Positions 49,935 through 60,743 of a DNA stretch of 64,000 nt are shown here, in pieces. Origin of the DNA: Nitrosopumilus sp. (GTDB lineage: Archaea; Thermoproteota; Nitrososphaeria; Nitrososphaerales; Nitrosopumilaceae); NCBI GenBank assembly GCA_963667665.2, contig OY763927.2:672001-736000 (forward strand). The letters are read 5' to 3'. Positions within the stretch are counted from its first letter, which is position 1, and each line of letters starts with the position of its first letter. Below the pieces are notes generated by a model that saw nothing but the letters and a program-made list of their open reading frames with translations, did not search any database and was not told the DNA's origin. The translations under genes and the position numbers were made by a program.

Positions 49935-51368
49935 TTATTCACCTTTCATCTCTATTTTGCTTCTAAATTCAGGCGTAATTCCAAGAGAATCATAATTACC
50001 TGAAGAGCATGTAAAACACATTGAATCTTTTTGTATACCGATAGCTGCTGCAAGGTTTTCAGCATCATTGTATCCCAAAAAGTCTGCACCAATGCTTTGT
50101 CTTACCATCTCAGTAGTTTCTTCTAGAGTCATCTCTTTTCCATCAGAAAATGTTGCAAGTTCTTCTTTTGATGGAAAGTCAATTCCAGCATAACATGGGA
50201 ATTTAATTGGAGGATATGTAATGACCATACTGATCTTTTTTGCACCTGCTCTTCTAAGTGCCTTAATGATTGCCTTGGAGCTTGTTCCTCTAACTAAACT
50301 ATCATCAATTACAACAACATGTTGACCCTCAATTATTTCTCTGATTGGAATAATCCATCGATTAATCTCTATTCTATCAGATTGATGAGGTTCAATGAAA
50401 CTTCGCAATGGACCTTTCTTGCTATATCTATCTTTGAGTAAGCCTTCATCAAAGGGAAGGCCAAGTTCCTGTGCATATCCTAATGCTGCAGGTCTTGCAG
50501 AGTCAGGTACAGGTATTACTAAATCAGCATCTTTAATTGGAAATTTCCTTGCTAAAAATTTACCAATATTTTTTCTTGCAACATAGATGTTAGTTCCTTC
50601 CATGTTACTTGATGGATGTGCAAAGTAAGTAAATTCAAAAGAACAATGTGCACGTGTAGGTTCATCAGAGAAACGTTCAGTCTCTAATCCGTTTTTGCTC
50701 AATCTAATTAATTCACCAGGATTTACATTTCGTTGCATTTCAGCCCCAACTGCAGATATTGCTGAAGATTCAGATGCAACAATGTATGTATTATCTATTT
50801 TTTTATGGCCTAAAACCATTGGGCGAAATCCTTTAGGATCACGGGCGGCATAAACAGAATTATCATCAGAGACAAATGTAAAACAATAAGAGCCAACCAT
50901 TTCATTTTTAAGAATTGAAAGTGCTTTTCCCATCTGACCGTTCTCAGAGATTAATGCAACTAGTCTTTGTGCTGCAACAAGTGTATCACTTGAGGTTTGT
51001 GGGGTAAATGAACAACCTCCAACAAGATTTGATAACTCCTGAACATTAGCAATTGTCCCATTATGTGCAATACAGAGATCTTTTACTTTGAGAGGTTGTG
51101 CGTTTTCAAGTGTACTTCGCCCCATTGTAGAATAACGTACATGTCCAATTACAGAAGGTGAAGCATATTCTTTTGTGATTGTTTTAAATTCTGATGATGC
51201 AGCAGAGACTAGTCCTAGTCTTTTTAGTGGAGGTTTATTTGGAATTGCAATTCCCCATGCTTCTTGACCTCTATGCTGGAGTGCTCTTAGAGCGTCAATT
51301 GCCATTGGTACCACATTAGTTCCACTTAGACTAAAAATTCCAACTACGCCACAATTTTCTTTAACCAT
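49935..51368 (-). CDS. purF: Amidophosphoribosyltransferase
   Basis: ENCGVVG, LQHRGQE, GHVRYST, PVPDS, IDDSLVRGT. Confidence 0.96.
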   Translation of the reverse strand: MVKENCGVVGIFSLSGTNVVPMAIDALRALQHRGQEAWGIAIPNKPPLKRLGLVSAASSEFKTITKEYASPSVIGHVRYSTMGRSTLENAQPLKVKDLCIAHNGTIANVQELSNLVGGCSFTPQTSSDTLVAAQRLVALISENGQMGKALSILKNEMVGSYCFTFVSDDNSVYAARDPKGFRPMVLGHKKIDNTYIVASESSAISAVGAEMQRNVNPGELIRLSKNGLETERFSDEPTRAHCSFEFTYFAHPSSNMEGTNIYVARKNIGKFLARKFPIKDADLVIPVPDSARPAALGYAQELGLPFDEGLLKDRYSKKGPLRSFIEPHQSDRIEINRWIIPIREIIEGQHVVVIDDSLVRGTSSKAIIKALRRAGAKKISMVITYPPIKFPCYAGIDFPSKEELATFSDGKEMTLEETTEMVRQSIGADFLGYNDAENLAAAIGIQKDSMCFTCSSGNYDSLGITPEFRSKIEMKGE

Positions 51369-53526
51369 GAAGCACCAAGTCCTTTAACGAATTAAACCAA
51401 GTTTCATGCGCTTTATCAACTCTTAGATTTATGATTGATTTTGTTCCCTTTGTAAATTGAATTTTTTCTCCTTTAAACTGACCAATTATTTTGAATGAAA
51501 CTTTGCTCTTTTTGAGAATATCATCCAATTTTTTGAGATTTTTCTTCTCAATTACCAAAAGATACCTAGAATGACTTTCAGAAAATAAAATTCTACCAAC
51601 ATCTAATTTTTCACCAGGGACTTTATCCAATAAAATATTACAACCAATTTGGTTTGTCATACAAAGTTCAGATACTGCAACTGCTAAACCACCCTTTGAG
51701 CAATCATGTGCAGATTTTACAAGTTTATTTTGAATTACTTTTAATACAGTTTTCATATTTTTCTTTGATTCTACAAAGTTAACAGAAGGACATTTTCCTC
51801 CAATAAAGTTGTGAATGTATTCATAGTATTCAGAACCACCCATCTCATCTTTGGTATCTCCAATTATTACAAGAGAATCACCTTCTGTAATCTTTTGTGG
51901 AACAAGTGGAGTTTTGTCAATAAGCCCCAAGATACCAATTAATGGAGTTGGCTTTATTGGTCCTATTGGAGTTTCATTATACAAACTGACCTTGCCTCCA
52001 ATACAAGGAATTTTTGTATCATTAGCAAAATCAGTTAATCCCTTAAGAGATTCTAAAAATGTCCAAAATATTTCAGGATCTTTTGGATTTCCAAATTGAA
52101 GATGATCAAGCATTCCAATGGGTGTTGCTCCAGTACAAACAACATTTCTGCATGCTTCCTCAAAGCAACCTATTGCACCTTCTCTGGGATTAATGTAACA
52201 CTGTTTTGGATTTCCATCAATCTTTACAGAAAGGAATTTTCCATTATCTAATCGTAAAACAGATGCATCACATCCAGGTTTTATGACAGTTCGAATTCCA
52301 ACTTCATGATCATATTGTCCATAAACCCAAATTTTACTTGCGATATTTGGTGCTGCAAGTAATTTCATCATTGTTTTAGAATAATCAAAGATTGGTTTGA
52401 GTTTTTTTTCTTTTTCAATTGTTTTCAAATATACTGGCTTTTGTGATGGTAAATCAAGAAGAGTTGCATTTGCTACAACATCAGTTGGAAGATTTGCAAA
52501 TGTTTTTTTACCTTTTTTCACATGCATTTGCTTGTCTGATTTTACATGACCAATTACAGAACAAGTAATACGGAATTTTTTACAAATTTCTTTTAATTTT
52601 TTCAATTTAGTTTTATTTGTAATAATTAACATTCGTTCTTGTGACTCAGATACCATGATTTCTTCAGGATGCATATTTGATTCACGTGTATGAACCATGT
52701 CAACATCCATCTCGATCCCAACGCCTAATGCATCAGCTGTCTCTGAAACTGCACAAGATAATCCTCCTCCTCCAAGGTCTTTCATAGCATTGATTAATTT
52801 TTGATTTCTTGCCTCCAAAATTGCCTCTATGATTAATTTCTCAATGAATGGATCTGGAATTTGTACTGCAGAACGATCTTCGGATTCTAAAGAATCTGAA
52901 GCAAACTGAGAACCGCCCATTCCATCTCTTCCTGTAGAGCCTCCTAGTAATACAACCAAGTCACCTATCTTGGCATGATTTTTTATCAGATTCTTTTTTT
53001 TACCAAATCCTACTGCGGCCACATCAACTAATGCATAATTTTTATAACATTCATCAAACTCAACCTCTCCTCCAATGGTCGGAATACCTAAACAGTTTCC
53101 ATAATCAGCAATTCCAGTAACTGCATTTTTGAAAAGCCATCTAGCCTGTTGATCTTTTTCGATATTTCCAAAACGTAATCCGTTAAAGATTGCAATAGGT
53201 CGAGTACCTGCAGATAAGATATCTCTAATTACACCACCTACCCCAGTTGCAGCACCACCATATGGTTCAACAGCTGATGGATGATTATGACTTTCAATGT
53301 GTGCAGTTACAACATAACCATCACCAACATCCAAGACACCTGAATCATATCCTTTCTCGTGAATTACAAGCGGTCCTTTCATAGGTAGCATTTTAAGATG
53401 TTTTTTTGATGATTTGTAAGAACAATGCTCAGACCATTCTGCAGCTACAATTTGTAATTCAGTAGGAGTAGGTTCTCTACCAATTTTTGATTTTAATTCA
53501 GATAATTCTTGAGATTCAAGACTCAA
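51361..53526 (-). CDS. purL: Phosphoribosylformylglycinamidine synthase subunit PurL
   Basis: WSEHCSYKSS, ESHNHPS, SESQERM. Confidence 0.97.
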   Translation of the reverse strand: MSLESQELSELKSKIGREPTPTELQIVAAEWSEHCSYKSSKKHLKMLPMKGPLVIHEKGYDSGVLDVGDGYVVTAHIESHNHPSAVEPYGGAATGVGGVIRDILSAGTRPIAIFNGLRFGNIEKDQQARWLFKNAVTGIADYGNCLGIPTIGGEVEFDECYKNYALVDVAAVGFGKKKNLIKNHAKIGDLVVLLGGSTGRDGMGGSQFASDSLESEDRSAVQIPDPFIEKLIIEAILEARNQKLINAMKDLGGGGLSCAVSETADALGVGIEMDVDMVHTRESNMHPEEIMVSESQERMLIITNKTKLKKLKEICKKFRITCSVIGHVKSDKQMHVKKGKKTFANLPTDVVANATLLDLPSQKPVYLKTIEKEKKLKPIFDYSKTMMKLLAAPNIASKIWVYGQYDHEVGIRTVIKPGCDASVLRLDNGKFLSVKIDGNPKQCYINPREGAIGCFEEACRNVVCTGATPIGMLDHLQFGNPKDPEIFWTFLESLKGLTDFANDTKIPCIGGKVSLYNETPIGPIKPTPLIGILGLIDKTPLVPQKITEGDSLVIIGDTKDEMGGSEYYEYIHNFIGGKCPSVNFVESKKNMKTVLKVIQNKLVKSAHDCSKGGLAVAVSELCMTNQIGCNILLDKVPGEKLDVGRILFSESHSRYLLVIEKKNLKKLDDILKKSKVSFKIIGQFKGEKIQFTKGTKSIINLRVDKAHETWFNSLKDLVLHG

Positions 53527-54203
53527 TTCTTAACACCCATTTTTACTAATAGAGATTCAAAGATAAGTGAAGAGGGTTTATGATCAATTGGATTAATTTC
53601 TGATTCAACTGCTCTTTCTGGATGAGGCATCATGCCGACAACATTACCATCTTCATTACATACACCTGCAATTCTGTTTGAAGAACCATTTACAACTTGA
53701 CTATATCTAAAAACAATTTGATTTTTTTTCTTTAATTGTTTCAGAATGTCATCATCAACATAATATCGTCCCTCACCATTTGCGATAGGTATTGGAATTC
53801 TTGCATGTAATTTGAATTGGTTTGTAAAGGGGGTTTTATTATTTTCAACAATCAGATTTGTCCACTCACACATAAAATTTAGAGATTCATTTTTGAGTAA
53901 AACGCCAGGAAGTAATCCAGATTCTACAAGTATTTGAAATCCATTACATACACCTAAAATTGGAATTCCTTTTTCTGCCATCTTTTGTACATCTTTAATA
54001 ATTGGACTGTGAGCAGCAATTATTCCTGCTCTAAGTCTATCCCCATAAGAGAACCCACCGGGAAGAATTATGGCATCAATATTTTTTGGAAGGCTCTTTT
54101 CATGCCAATAATATTGGGCATTAAGATTAAAGACATCAGATAATACATGATACATATCACGATCACAATTACTACCAGGAAAAACTACAACCCCGACTTT
54201 CAC
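53523..54203 (-). CDS. purQ: Phosphoribosylformylglycinamidine synthase subunit PurQ
   Basis: FPGSNCDRD, GGFSYGD, GVCNGFQ, MMPHPER. Confidence 0.97.
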   Translation of the reverse strand: MKVGVVVFPGSNCDRDMYHVLSDVFNLNAQYYWHEKSLPKNIDAIILPGGFSYGDRLRAGIIAAHSPIIKDVQKMAEKGIPILGVCNGFQILVESGLLPGVLLKNESLNFMCEWTNLIVENNKTPFTNQFKLHARIPIPIANGEGRYYVDDDILKQLKKKNQIVFRYSQVVNGSSNRIAGVCNEDGNVVGMMPHPERAVESEINPIDHKPSSLIFESLLVKMGVKN

Positions 54204-54252
54204 AATTGTATGTACATTAAGCGATATTTAATTGGAATCTAATCTAAAAATT

Positions 54253-54513
54253 CTAAGCATCAAAAATATCAATAGTAACTTTGCTCACCATAGGATTGTA
54301 TATTCGGAGTTCATCACAGATCTCTTGTACCTTTGATTGAGCAGTTTTCTTATCTTTTTCTTTGATTGTAAATTTTAGCATCTTAGCAGTCTTGATATTT
54401 GAAACTGTTTTATGGGTTCCTTTTAGAACTAGATCATTTAGAATTGTATCCCCTTCAGGATCACTGATGCCAGGTTTGTTTTCAATGGTTACATTAACAG
54501 TAAAAGTCGTCAT
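54253..54513 (-). CDS. purS: Phosphoribosylformylglycinamidine synthase subunit PurS
   Basis: KPGISDPEG, NP; directly upstream of purQ. Confidence 0.93.
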   Translation of the reverse strand: MTTFTVNVTIENKPGISDPEGDTILNDLVLKGTHKTVSNIKTAKMLKFTIKEKDKKTAQSKVQEICDELRIYNPMVSKVTIDIFDA

Positions 54514-54647
54514 TAATGAATTTCAAATTTAAATCGAGATTAATTTATCTTCCGAATAATTTTCTATATTTATACCCATTTGGAAAGATATGACATGAAT
54601 TCTAATTAGAAATAGTACTACTCCATAAATTATTTTTTTTTATTGTA

Positions 54648-54803
54648 TTATGCTCGGACTCTTTTAAGACCCTCACTCACAACTAGATTTACTACATGTG
54701 AGAAGCTAACAGATTTCGGAGAAGTTTTAATCATTTTTGCTTGGATGTTTCGAAGTTTTTCAACGTTTGTAGAATTCAATACAATAGTTATTCTCTCGCC
54801 CAT
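54648..54803 (-). CDS. Small ribbon-helix-helix-like protein (51 aa)
   Basis: MGERITIVLNSTNVEKLRNIQAKMIKTSPKSVSFSHVVNLVVSEGLK. Confidence 0.6.
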   Translation of the reverse strand: MGERITIVLNSTNVEKLRNIQAKMIKTSPKSVSFSHVVNLVVSEGLKRVRA

Positions 54804-54963
54804 AAATCGACTATGTCTATTTCATATAAAAGGAGATTCATAACATACAGATGTTTAGAGGATTTTTCCCTTTTTTTATTTGTCTTTTCTAAAATCTGTG
54901 GATTTTTGCTCAAGTAACATACAGTATTGGAATTTATAATAGAATATTTTACCACATGATATA

Positions 54964-55425
54964 ATGGGTAGATCAAGATATTGGAAGATCACATCAGATG
55001 AGATGGATGGTTTTAGTTATGATGAAAGTAAATTACTAAACTGGGAAATTAAATGTATTAGAGAACCAGAAGTGGAGAATATCTTTATCGGTGTTTTCAT
55101 GTACAGACATGGTACTGCATATGATTATGAATCAGTAAAGGGAATCTGTTTCTATTACAACAATATTGTTAGAGAAGAAGTCCCAAAAATCACAAATTTT
55201 CTGAAAGGAAAATTTGATGGTAAGGAGATGGAAAAAGGAGAAAGGATTTTCCTTAAAGACTCAAGAGAAATCTATTCCGGCAAAGACATTGGAGACCTGG
55301 CAAAAGAGATGGAATCAAAATTCAATACAAAGGCCATAGTTTCTTTAGAATTTGAGGATTTAACAGCTGAAGAACTCAAAGAAGCAGGACTGCCAGAAGC
55401 AAAGCTCTTACCAATTCCCACATAA
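54964..55425 (+). CDS. Conserved hypothetical protein
   Basis: 153-aa ATG ORF upstream of tatC. Confidence 0.7.
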   Translation: MGRSRYWKITSDEMDGFSYDESKLLNWEIKCIREPEVENIFIGVFMYRHGTAYDYESVKGICFYYNNIVREEVPKITNFLKGKFDGKEMEKGERIFLKDSREIYSGKDIGDLAKEMESKFNTKAIVSLEFEDLTAEELKEAGLPEAKLLPIPT

Positions 55426-55455
55426 TTGATATAGCTTATAACACAAAGGTATTAG

Positions 55456-56247
55456 ATGTCAGAGCTAGACGGAATTAATCGTCACCTCGAAGAATTAAGA
55501 AAAAGACTACTTAGAATTGTACTAGTTATTGGTATTATTACCGCATTTATTTTATTTTTTCATGCAGAACCATTTCAAGTAGGAGAAATTACATTATACT
55601 ATCCAATACCCGAACCATTAGACAACATTGCAGCACAAATTACTAACCATATGAAATTCAATCTTGTGCCAGAAGATGTTCAGTTAATTCAAACAGCCCC
55701 AGGACAAGCTTTCTTTGCTCAAATATACATTGCAGCACTAGTAGGTGTTGTAGTTGGAATGCCAATTATTATCAGGGAGTTAGTTGGATTCATCAAGCCA
55801 GCACTAAAAGAAAATGAAATCAATGTTAGTAGGAGTATTTCACTTCCAGCACTAGGTCTATTTATTACAGGTTGTATATTTTCTTACAATTTTGTAATTC
55901 CATATATTTTAGAATTTTTGTACAGGTATGGTGAATCAGCTGGACTTTTAACTTTTCTAAATGTTATGGATTTTGTTACTTTTGTTTTACAATTTTTGTT
56001 GGCATTTGGGTTTTCATTTCAGCTTCCACTTGTAATGTATGCAATATCTGCATCAGGTATGGTTGATTCAGACTTTTGGAGAAAGAATATTAGATATGCA
56101 ATTGTTGCAATTGTAATTTTTGGTGCAGTAATTACACCAGATGGAAGCGGTGTAACAATGTGGTTTATTGCAATTCCAATGATCATTCTTTATGTAGCAG
56201 GCATGATAGTCATTGAGCGTAAAGAACGCAAAAAGTTGAACACTTAA
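55456..56247 (+). CDS. tatC: Twin-arginine translocase subunit TatC
   Basis: HLEELRKRL, FIKPAL, FQLP, AVITPD. Confidence 0.95.
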   Translation: MSELDGINRHLEELRKRLLRIVLVIGIITAFILFFHAEPFQVGEITLYYPIPEPLDNIAAQITNHMKFNLVPEDVQLIQTAPGQAFFAQIYIAALVGVVVGMPIIIRELVGFIKPALKENEINVSRSISLPALGLFITGCIFSYNFVIPYILEFLYRYGESAGLLTFLNVMDFVTFVLQFLLAFGFSFQLPLVMYAISASGMVDSDFWRKNIRYAIVAIVIFGAVITPDGSGVTMWFIAIPMIILYVAGMIVIERKERKKLNT

Positions 56248-56273
56248 ATCTAAAATCAATAAATTTATTCAAT

Positions 56274-56480
56274 ATGCTTGGAAGTACTGAGATCATCGTA
56301 TTAGTTGTAGTAATCGGTGTGTTAATTTTTGGAGCAAAAAAGATTCCAGAACTTGCAAAAACATTTGGTAAGGCCAAAGGAGAATTTGAGAAAGGAAAGA
56401 TCCAAGGAGACAAAGAACTCAAAGACTTCAAAGGAGAAATAGACAACATTACCAAAGACAAAGAAGTAAAATCAGACTAG
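56274..56480 (+). CDS. tatA: Twin-arginine translocase subunit TatA
   Basis: LIFGAKKIPELAKTFGKA..EF. Confidence 0.93.
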   Translation: MLGSTEIIVLVVVIGVLIFGAKKIPELAKTFGKAKGEFEKGKIQGDKELKDFKGEIDNITKDKEVKSD

Positions 56481-56905
56481 TTTTCAGCAATTTTTGCAAA
56501 ATCATCTAAAATTTTAGCATAATCTTGTTCAAACTTGTTTTTCCCAAACATGCTTGACATCTTCATTTTACCTTTTAATTTCAAATCCACATCAACGATA
56601 ATTTTTGTTCCTTCTGAAACTTCAATGAATTGTTGTTTGATGTAACTTCCCTTGATATCACCACCAATAACAAAAACCTCATGTAAGACTGGTTCAGTAG
56701 TAACATGTTTTGCCATAATTACTAGTTCCAAATCTCCAAGATTCATGTGCTCTTCCACCACAGAAATATTTCCTCGAACGGAGCGAACTCGTATAGATGG
56801 AAAGTGTTGAGGAATTAATTTCTGATAGTTTTTATAATTTGACAGTTTTTCATAAACAATTTCTCTTTTTGCATAAACTATTTTTTCTAAAGAAAACTTT
56901 GTCAA
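56477..56905 (-). CDS. SRPBCC/polyketide cyclase-like protein
   Basis: VYEKLSNYKNYQKLIP N-terminal pattern and length. Confidence 0.7.
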   Translation of the reverse strand: MTKFSLEKIVYAKREIVYEKLSNYKNYQKLIPQHFPSIRVRSVRGNISVVEEHMNLGDLELVIMAKHVTTEPVLHEVFVIGGDIKGSYIKQQFIEVSEGTKIIVDVDLKLKGKMKMSSMFGKNKFEQDYAKILDDFAKIAEN

Positions 56906-56912
56906 CTTTAAT

Positions 56913-57470
56913 TTAGAAAGTGCCCCATCGAGGGTATAAATCGTGCTCTAAGTTAAACTGGTCCAAACACTTTCCCACCCCATGATTAACAATATCATCA
57001 ATGGATTTGGGTTTTGTATAAAATTCGGTCACAGGTGGTAAAATTACAACTCCTAATCTTGATAACTTTAACATGTTTTCTAAATGAATTGCAGAAAGGG
57101 GGGTTTCTCTTGCCATTAAAATTAGTTTTCTTGATTCCTTTATTGTAACACCAGCTGCTCTTGCAATTAATGTTTCATCATATCCATTTGCAATTGCAGA
57201 CAATGTTTTCATGCTACATGGTGCAATAATCATTCCATCAACTCTGTGTGTTCCACTGGAAACACTTGATGCCATGTTTTTTTCATTAGAAATGCTTGTT
57301 GCAAGAGATTTTACATAATCTGTTGTATATTCAGTCTCCATGGAAATACATTTTTCAGCCCACTCAGACATTATTAGATGAGTTTTAACGTCCAGTTTTT
57401 TGAGTGTCTCAAGCATTCTGATTCCATAAATTACTCCTGTGCTGCCAGTGATGCCAATAATTAATTTCAA
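56913..57470 (-). CDS. ubiX: Flavin prenyltransferase UbiX
   Basis: GITGSTG, SSG, APCSMKTL, RETPL. Confidence 0.93.
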   Translation of the reverse strand: MKLIIGITGSTGVIYGIRMLETLKKLDVKTHLIMSEWAEKCISMETEYTTDYVKSLATSISNEKNMASSVSSGTHRVDGMIIAPCSMKTLSAIANGYDETLIARAAGVTIKESRKLILMARETPLSAIHLENMLKLSRLGVVILPPVTEFYTKPKSIDDIVNHGVGKCLDQFNLEHDLYPRWGTF

Positions 57471-57527
57471 TAATTATTATTGAGAACTATAGTATTTTAT
57501 GTATTAGATATTCGAGATTATTTAGTA

Positions 57528-57674
57528 CTAAAGATTTTCTGCCTCATCATTTTCCGCAGATTCATCTAACTCTTTTTGCACTTTTCTTCGTTTAAACCAC
57601 AAATAGATTCCAACTGCTGCCATTACAGGTAGTAAAATTGCACCTACCATCTGTAACTCAAAATTATAAAACAT
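57528..57674 (-). CDS. Small single-TM protein (48 aa)
   Basis: MFYNFELQMVGAILLPVMAAVGIYLWFKRRK... Confidence 0.45.
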   Translation of the reverse strand: MFYNFELQMVGAILLPVMAAVGIYLWFKRRKVQKELDESAENDEAENL

Positions 57675-57771
57675 ATCTAAAATCAGATATTCACTAAAAA
57701 AAATCTTGTGATCTACGCCTATTAGATTAATTGAAAATTAGCTATATTAGATCCCCCAATCTAAGAAGATT

Positions 57772-58863
57772 ATGATTAAGAGTTCTGAGATAAAGAAGAT
57801 AGTAAATGATTATTCAGATGTCAGAATAGGAGTTCTTGGTAGTCACTCTGCACTTGAAGTGATGGATGGTGCAAAAGATGAGAACTTTCAGACTAGTGTT
57901 TTTTGTCAAAAAGGTAGAGAAGTACCTTATCAAAGATTTTCACGAATTGCTGATGAAATCATAGTATTAGATAAATTCAAAGACATGGCTTCAGCCAAAA
58001 TTCAGAAAAAATTACGTGAATCAAATACAATCATAGTTCCACATAGATCACTTACCGTATATCTGGGATACAAAACAATAGAGAACACATTCAAAGTACC
58101 GATTTTTGGAAATCGAAGACTATTCCAAGCAGAAGAAAGGACTGCAAAGAAAGGGCAATACCATCTTTTAGAGAAAGCTAGAATAAAATATCCAAAATTA
58201 TTCAAAGACCCAAAAAGAATCAACAAACCATGTATCATAAAGGTTCAAGAAAAAAATAGACCACTAGAAAGAGCATTCTTTACAGTTTCATCATACAAGG
58301 ACTACAAAGAACAATCAGAGTTAAAAATCAAACAGGGAATAATCGCAAGAAAGGATCTAGAAAAATCAAGCATTGAAGAATTAGTAATAGGAACATACAT
58401 GAATTTCAACTTCTTTCATACACCAATTTCAGACCAAGTTGATTTTATTGGAATCGAAAGAAGATTACAAACAAACATCCATGATTTTAATGCACTTCCT
58501 GCAAAACAACAACTTGAAATTGACATAGATTTGCAAAATATCGAAGTAGGCCATACACCTGCAAGTATCAGAGAATCATTACTTGAAAAAGTAATAAAAA
58601 TGGGAGACAAGTTTGTAGCAGCTGTCAAAAAAGAATATGCCCCAGGAATAATTGGACCATTTTCACTTCAAAGTGTGATTACAAAAGATTTAGAATTAAT
58701 AGTATATGATGTATCTTTACGTGTTCCTGGAAATCCAATAGTAGCAACCACAAGCCCCTACACAAAGTACCAATATGGTAAGACCTTTGGAGTGGGAAGA
58801 AGAATAGCAATGGAGATTAAACGAGCCCAGGAAGAAGATAGACTTGATGAAATAGTGACATAA
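57772..58863 (+). CDS. purP: PurP-family ATP-grasp ligase (FAICAR synthetase family)
   Basis: LGSHSAL, VPIFGNR, GHTPASIRESLL, GPFSLQ, GRRIAMEIK. Confidence 0.9.
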   Translation: MIKSSEIKKIVNDYSDVRIGVLGSHSALEVMDGAKDENFQTSVFCQKGREVPYQRFSRIADEIIVLDKFKDMASAKIQKKLRESNTIIVPHRSLTVYLGYKTIENTFKVPIFGNRRLFQAEERTAKKGQYHLLEKARIKYPKLFKDPKRINKPCIIKVQEKNRPLERAFFTVSSYKDYKEQSELKIKQGIIARKDLEKSSIEELVIGTYMNFNFFHTPISDQVDFIGIERRLQTNIHDFNALPAKQQLEIDIDLQNIEVGHTPASIRESLLEKVIKMGDKFVAAVKKEYAPGIIGPFSLQSVITKDLELIVYDVSLRVPGNPIVATTSPYTKYQYGKTFGVGRRIAMEIKRAQEEDRLDEIVT

Positions 58864-59307
58864 AAAAATCCAAAAATATATTTCCAGTAAAAATCACAGA
58901 TTTTTGTTAATTGGTTAGAATGGAAATACGTTGAATACCTTTCGTACCGGACTGAATGATTAAAGCGGTTTGACATTCAAGAAAGTATGCTGATACCAAT
59001 TAACATTACAAACTCTTCGTTTAGATAGATATTCAATAAAAAAAATTGAACAACCACTCCCAAAAGTGGGAAATATCATATTTTCATATATTTATATTCA
59101 AAAAAAATATGATTAATGAAGAATAATGGAAAAAGACCCGGGAAAGGAATATCGAGAAGAAATGCAAGAAGTAATGTTAGAATTAAAAATAAAGACAGAT
59201 AAATTCATGAAAAAACTAAAAGATGCAAATAGAGAGGGCAAAGTCAATTACGGTGTAATCAAATAGATATTCGTAAACTATTTTTTGCCAATCATTATAA
59301 AAAAATT

Positions 59308-59568
59308 ATGGGAAGAACCATCTTCATCAAAGAGATCATCACAATAGTAAAAGAGCCTAGACTTTGTCCTACTTGTGAGAAAGAAGATAGATTAGAGAAA
59401 GATGTAGTTAGAGAAGAAAGATCCGGTGGAAAGACAATTCTTTGTTCTCGATGTGAGGCATTAATTATAATTACAAATCACAATCTTAGACAAGTAGAAT
59501 TATCATCAATCAGAGATGACACTATAATGCTAAAAGAACCTCACTTGATCAGAAAGGTCTGTTATTGA
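59308..59568 (+). CDS. Zn-ribbon hypothetical protein
   Basis: CPTC...CSRC. Confidence 0.7.
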   Translation: MGRTIFIKEIITIVKEPRLCPTCEKEDRLEKDVVREERSGGKTILCSRCEALIIITNHNLRQVELSSIRDDTIMLKEPHLIRKVCY

Positions 59569-59942
59569 TTATTAGATTTTCTTCTAATAGGTTTCTTTGC
59601 GGTTGGTTTTTTAACAGTGAATTTTTTGTTTGATAATCTTTTCCTAATTTGATTTGCTGCACTATCTGGAGCTAACCGTGTTGATAGTAATCCTTTCTTA
59701 TCTTCAAGAAGCATCGTAATTATACGAGGTCTAATACACCTTGCAACTTCCCATTCACGTAAATTTGCATTCTTTGATTCTTCTTTGATTATTAGTCCTG
59801 CCAATCCATCACTCCAAATATGTCGTTTCGTATCATAGACTTCGATTATTTTTCCATGTTTAGTGATTTTGATTGCGCCGTGACATCTTTGAATCACCTG
59901 TTCGGCTACACTTTGATAGATTTTTTCAAGATTTGCCAACAA
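59562..59942 (-). CDS. Hypothetical protein
   Basis: 126-aa ORF with a basic tail. Confidence 0.6.
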   Translation of the reverse strand: MLANLEKIYQSVAEQVIQRCHGAIKITKHGKIIEVYDTKRHIWSDGLAGLIIKEESKNANLREWEVARCIRPRIITMLLEDKKGLLSTRLAPDSAANQIRKRLSNKKFTVKKPTAKKPIRRKSNNQ

Positions 59943-60097
59943 TGTAATGAAATTTCATCATGTGAAAAAGGTTCGGATTTTTAGATTAAATGATAATATA
60001 TTCTAGGGAAGATGAGAAAAAATGCTGATGATTAATCAACCTCTAAGCTATAACTGATAGATGATGAATTTGCCGAATTATGAAGCATATAATAAAA

Positions 60098-60490
60098 TTA
60101 TGAGTTTTTTTCTTGAACATTAACTATCATAAATAAAGGAGGAGACAAGGCTTCTGGATTATCAATACTTTCCCAAACAAAAACCTGAATATGATAATTT
60201 CCAGATTCGTTTGGAATCCAAGACTGTGCTGGAGAAAATGATTGCCTAGGAGATAATGAACCAGTCAGCCAAGATAATGAAATTACAACATCATTATCAT
60301 TTTTTACTTGTGTAATATATGCAAAGTTTTGTTGAACATCTTGATTGTTTGAAATATCAGCCGTTATCATAATTTGTTCATCAACAAAATGGATTTTCTC
60401 TTGAGAAGAAACTTTAGTTGTAACTGGCTCTGCAAAAACATATCCCATACTTGTGAGAATCAAAAATATTGAAAATATTAGAACTTTCAT
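60098..60490 (-). CDS. Secreted single Ig-like domain protein resembling the S-layer C-terminal domain
   Basis: Signal peptide; QNFAYITQV, SLSWLTGSL, SFSPAQSWIP, FVWESIDNPEALSP. Confidence 0.7.
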   Translation of the reverse strand: MKVLIFSIFLILTSMGYVFAEPVTTKVSSQEKIHFVDEQIMITADISNNQDVQQNFAYITQVKNDNDVVISLSWLTGSLSPRQSFSPAQSWIPNESGNYHIQVFVWESIDNPEALSPPLFMIVNVQEKNS

Positions 60491-60526
60491 AACTAGTATT
60501 AGTAGGATAGATATTTAATTTATCGA

Positions 60527-60721
60527 ATGAGTAAACTGCCTGAAAAATTCCCAGAATATTCGATAATGTACAAGACACTTTCAAAGAAAATCATAGAACT
60601 AGAAAAAATAAAAAATACTAAAGAAAGTGAAATGCATGATATACAATTAAAAATTCAAAATTACCAAAATGAACTAAATAGAATTAAGACAATGTTTCCA
60701 GATGGTTTTTTTGATGAATAA
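60527..60721 (+). CDS. Small conserved hypothetical protein
   Basis: LPEKFPEYSIMYK...MFPDGFF. Confidence 0.6.
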   Translation: MSKLPEKFPEYSIMYKTLSKKIIELEKIKNTKESEMHDIQLKIQNYQNELNRIKTMFPDGFFDE

Positions 60722-60743
60722 AACAAATTATCTCTGAAAAACT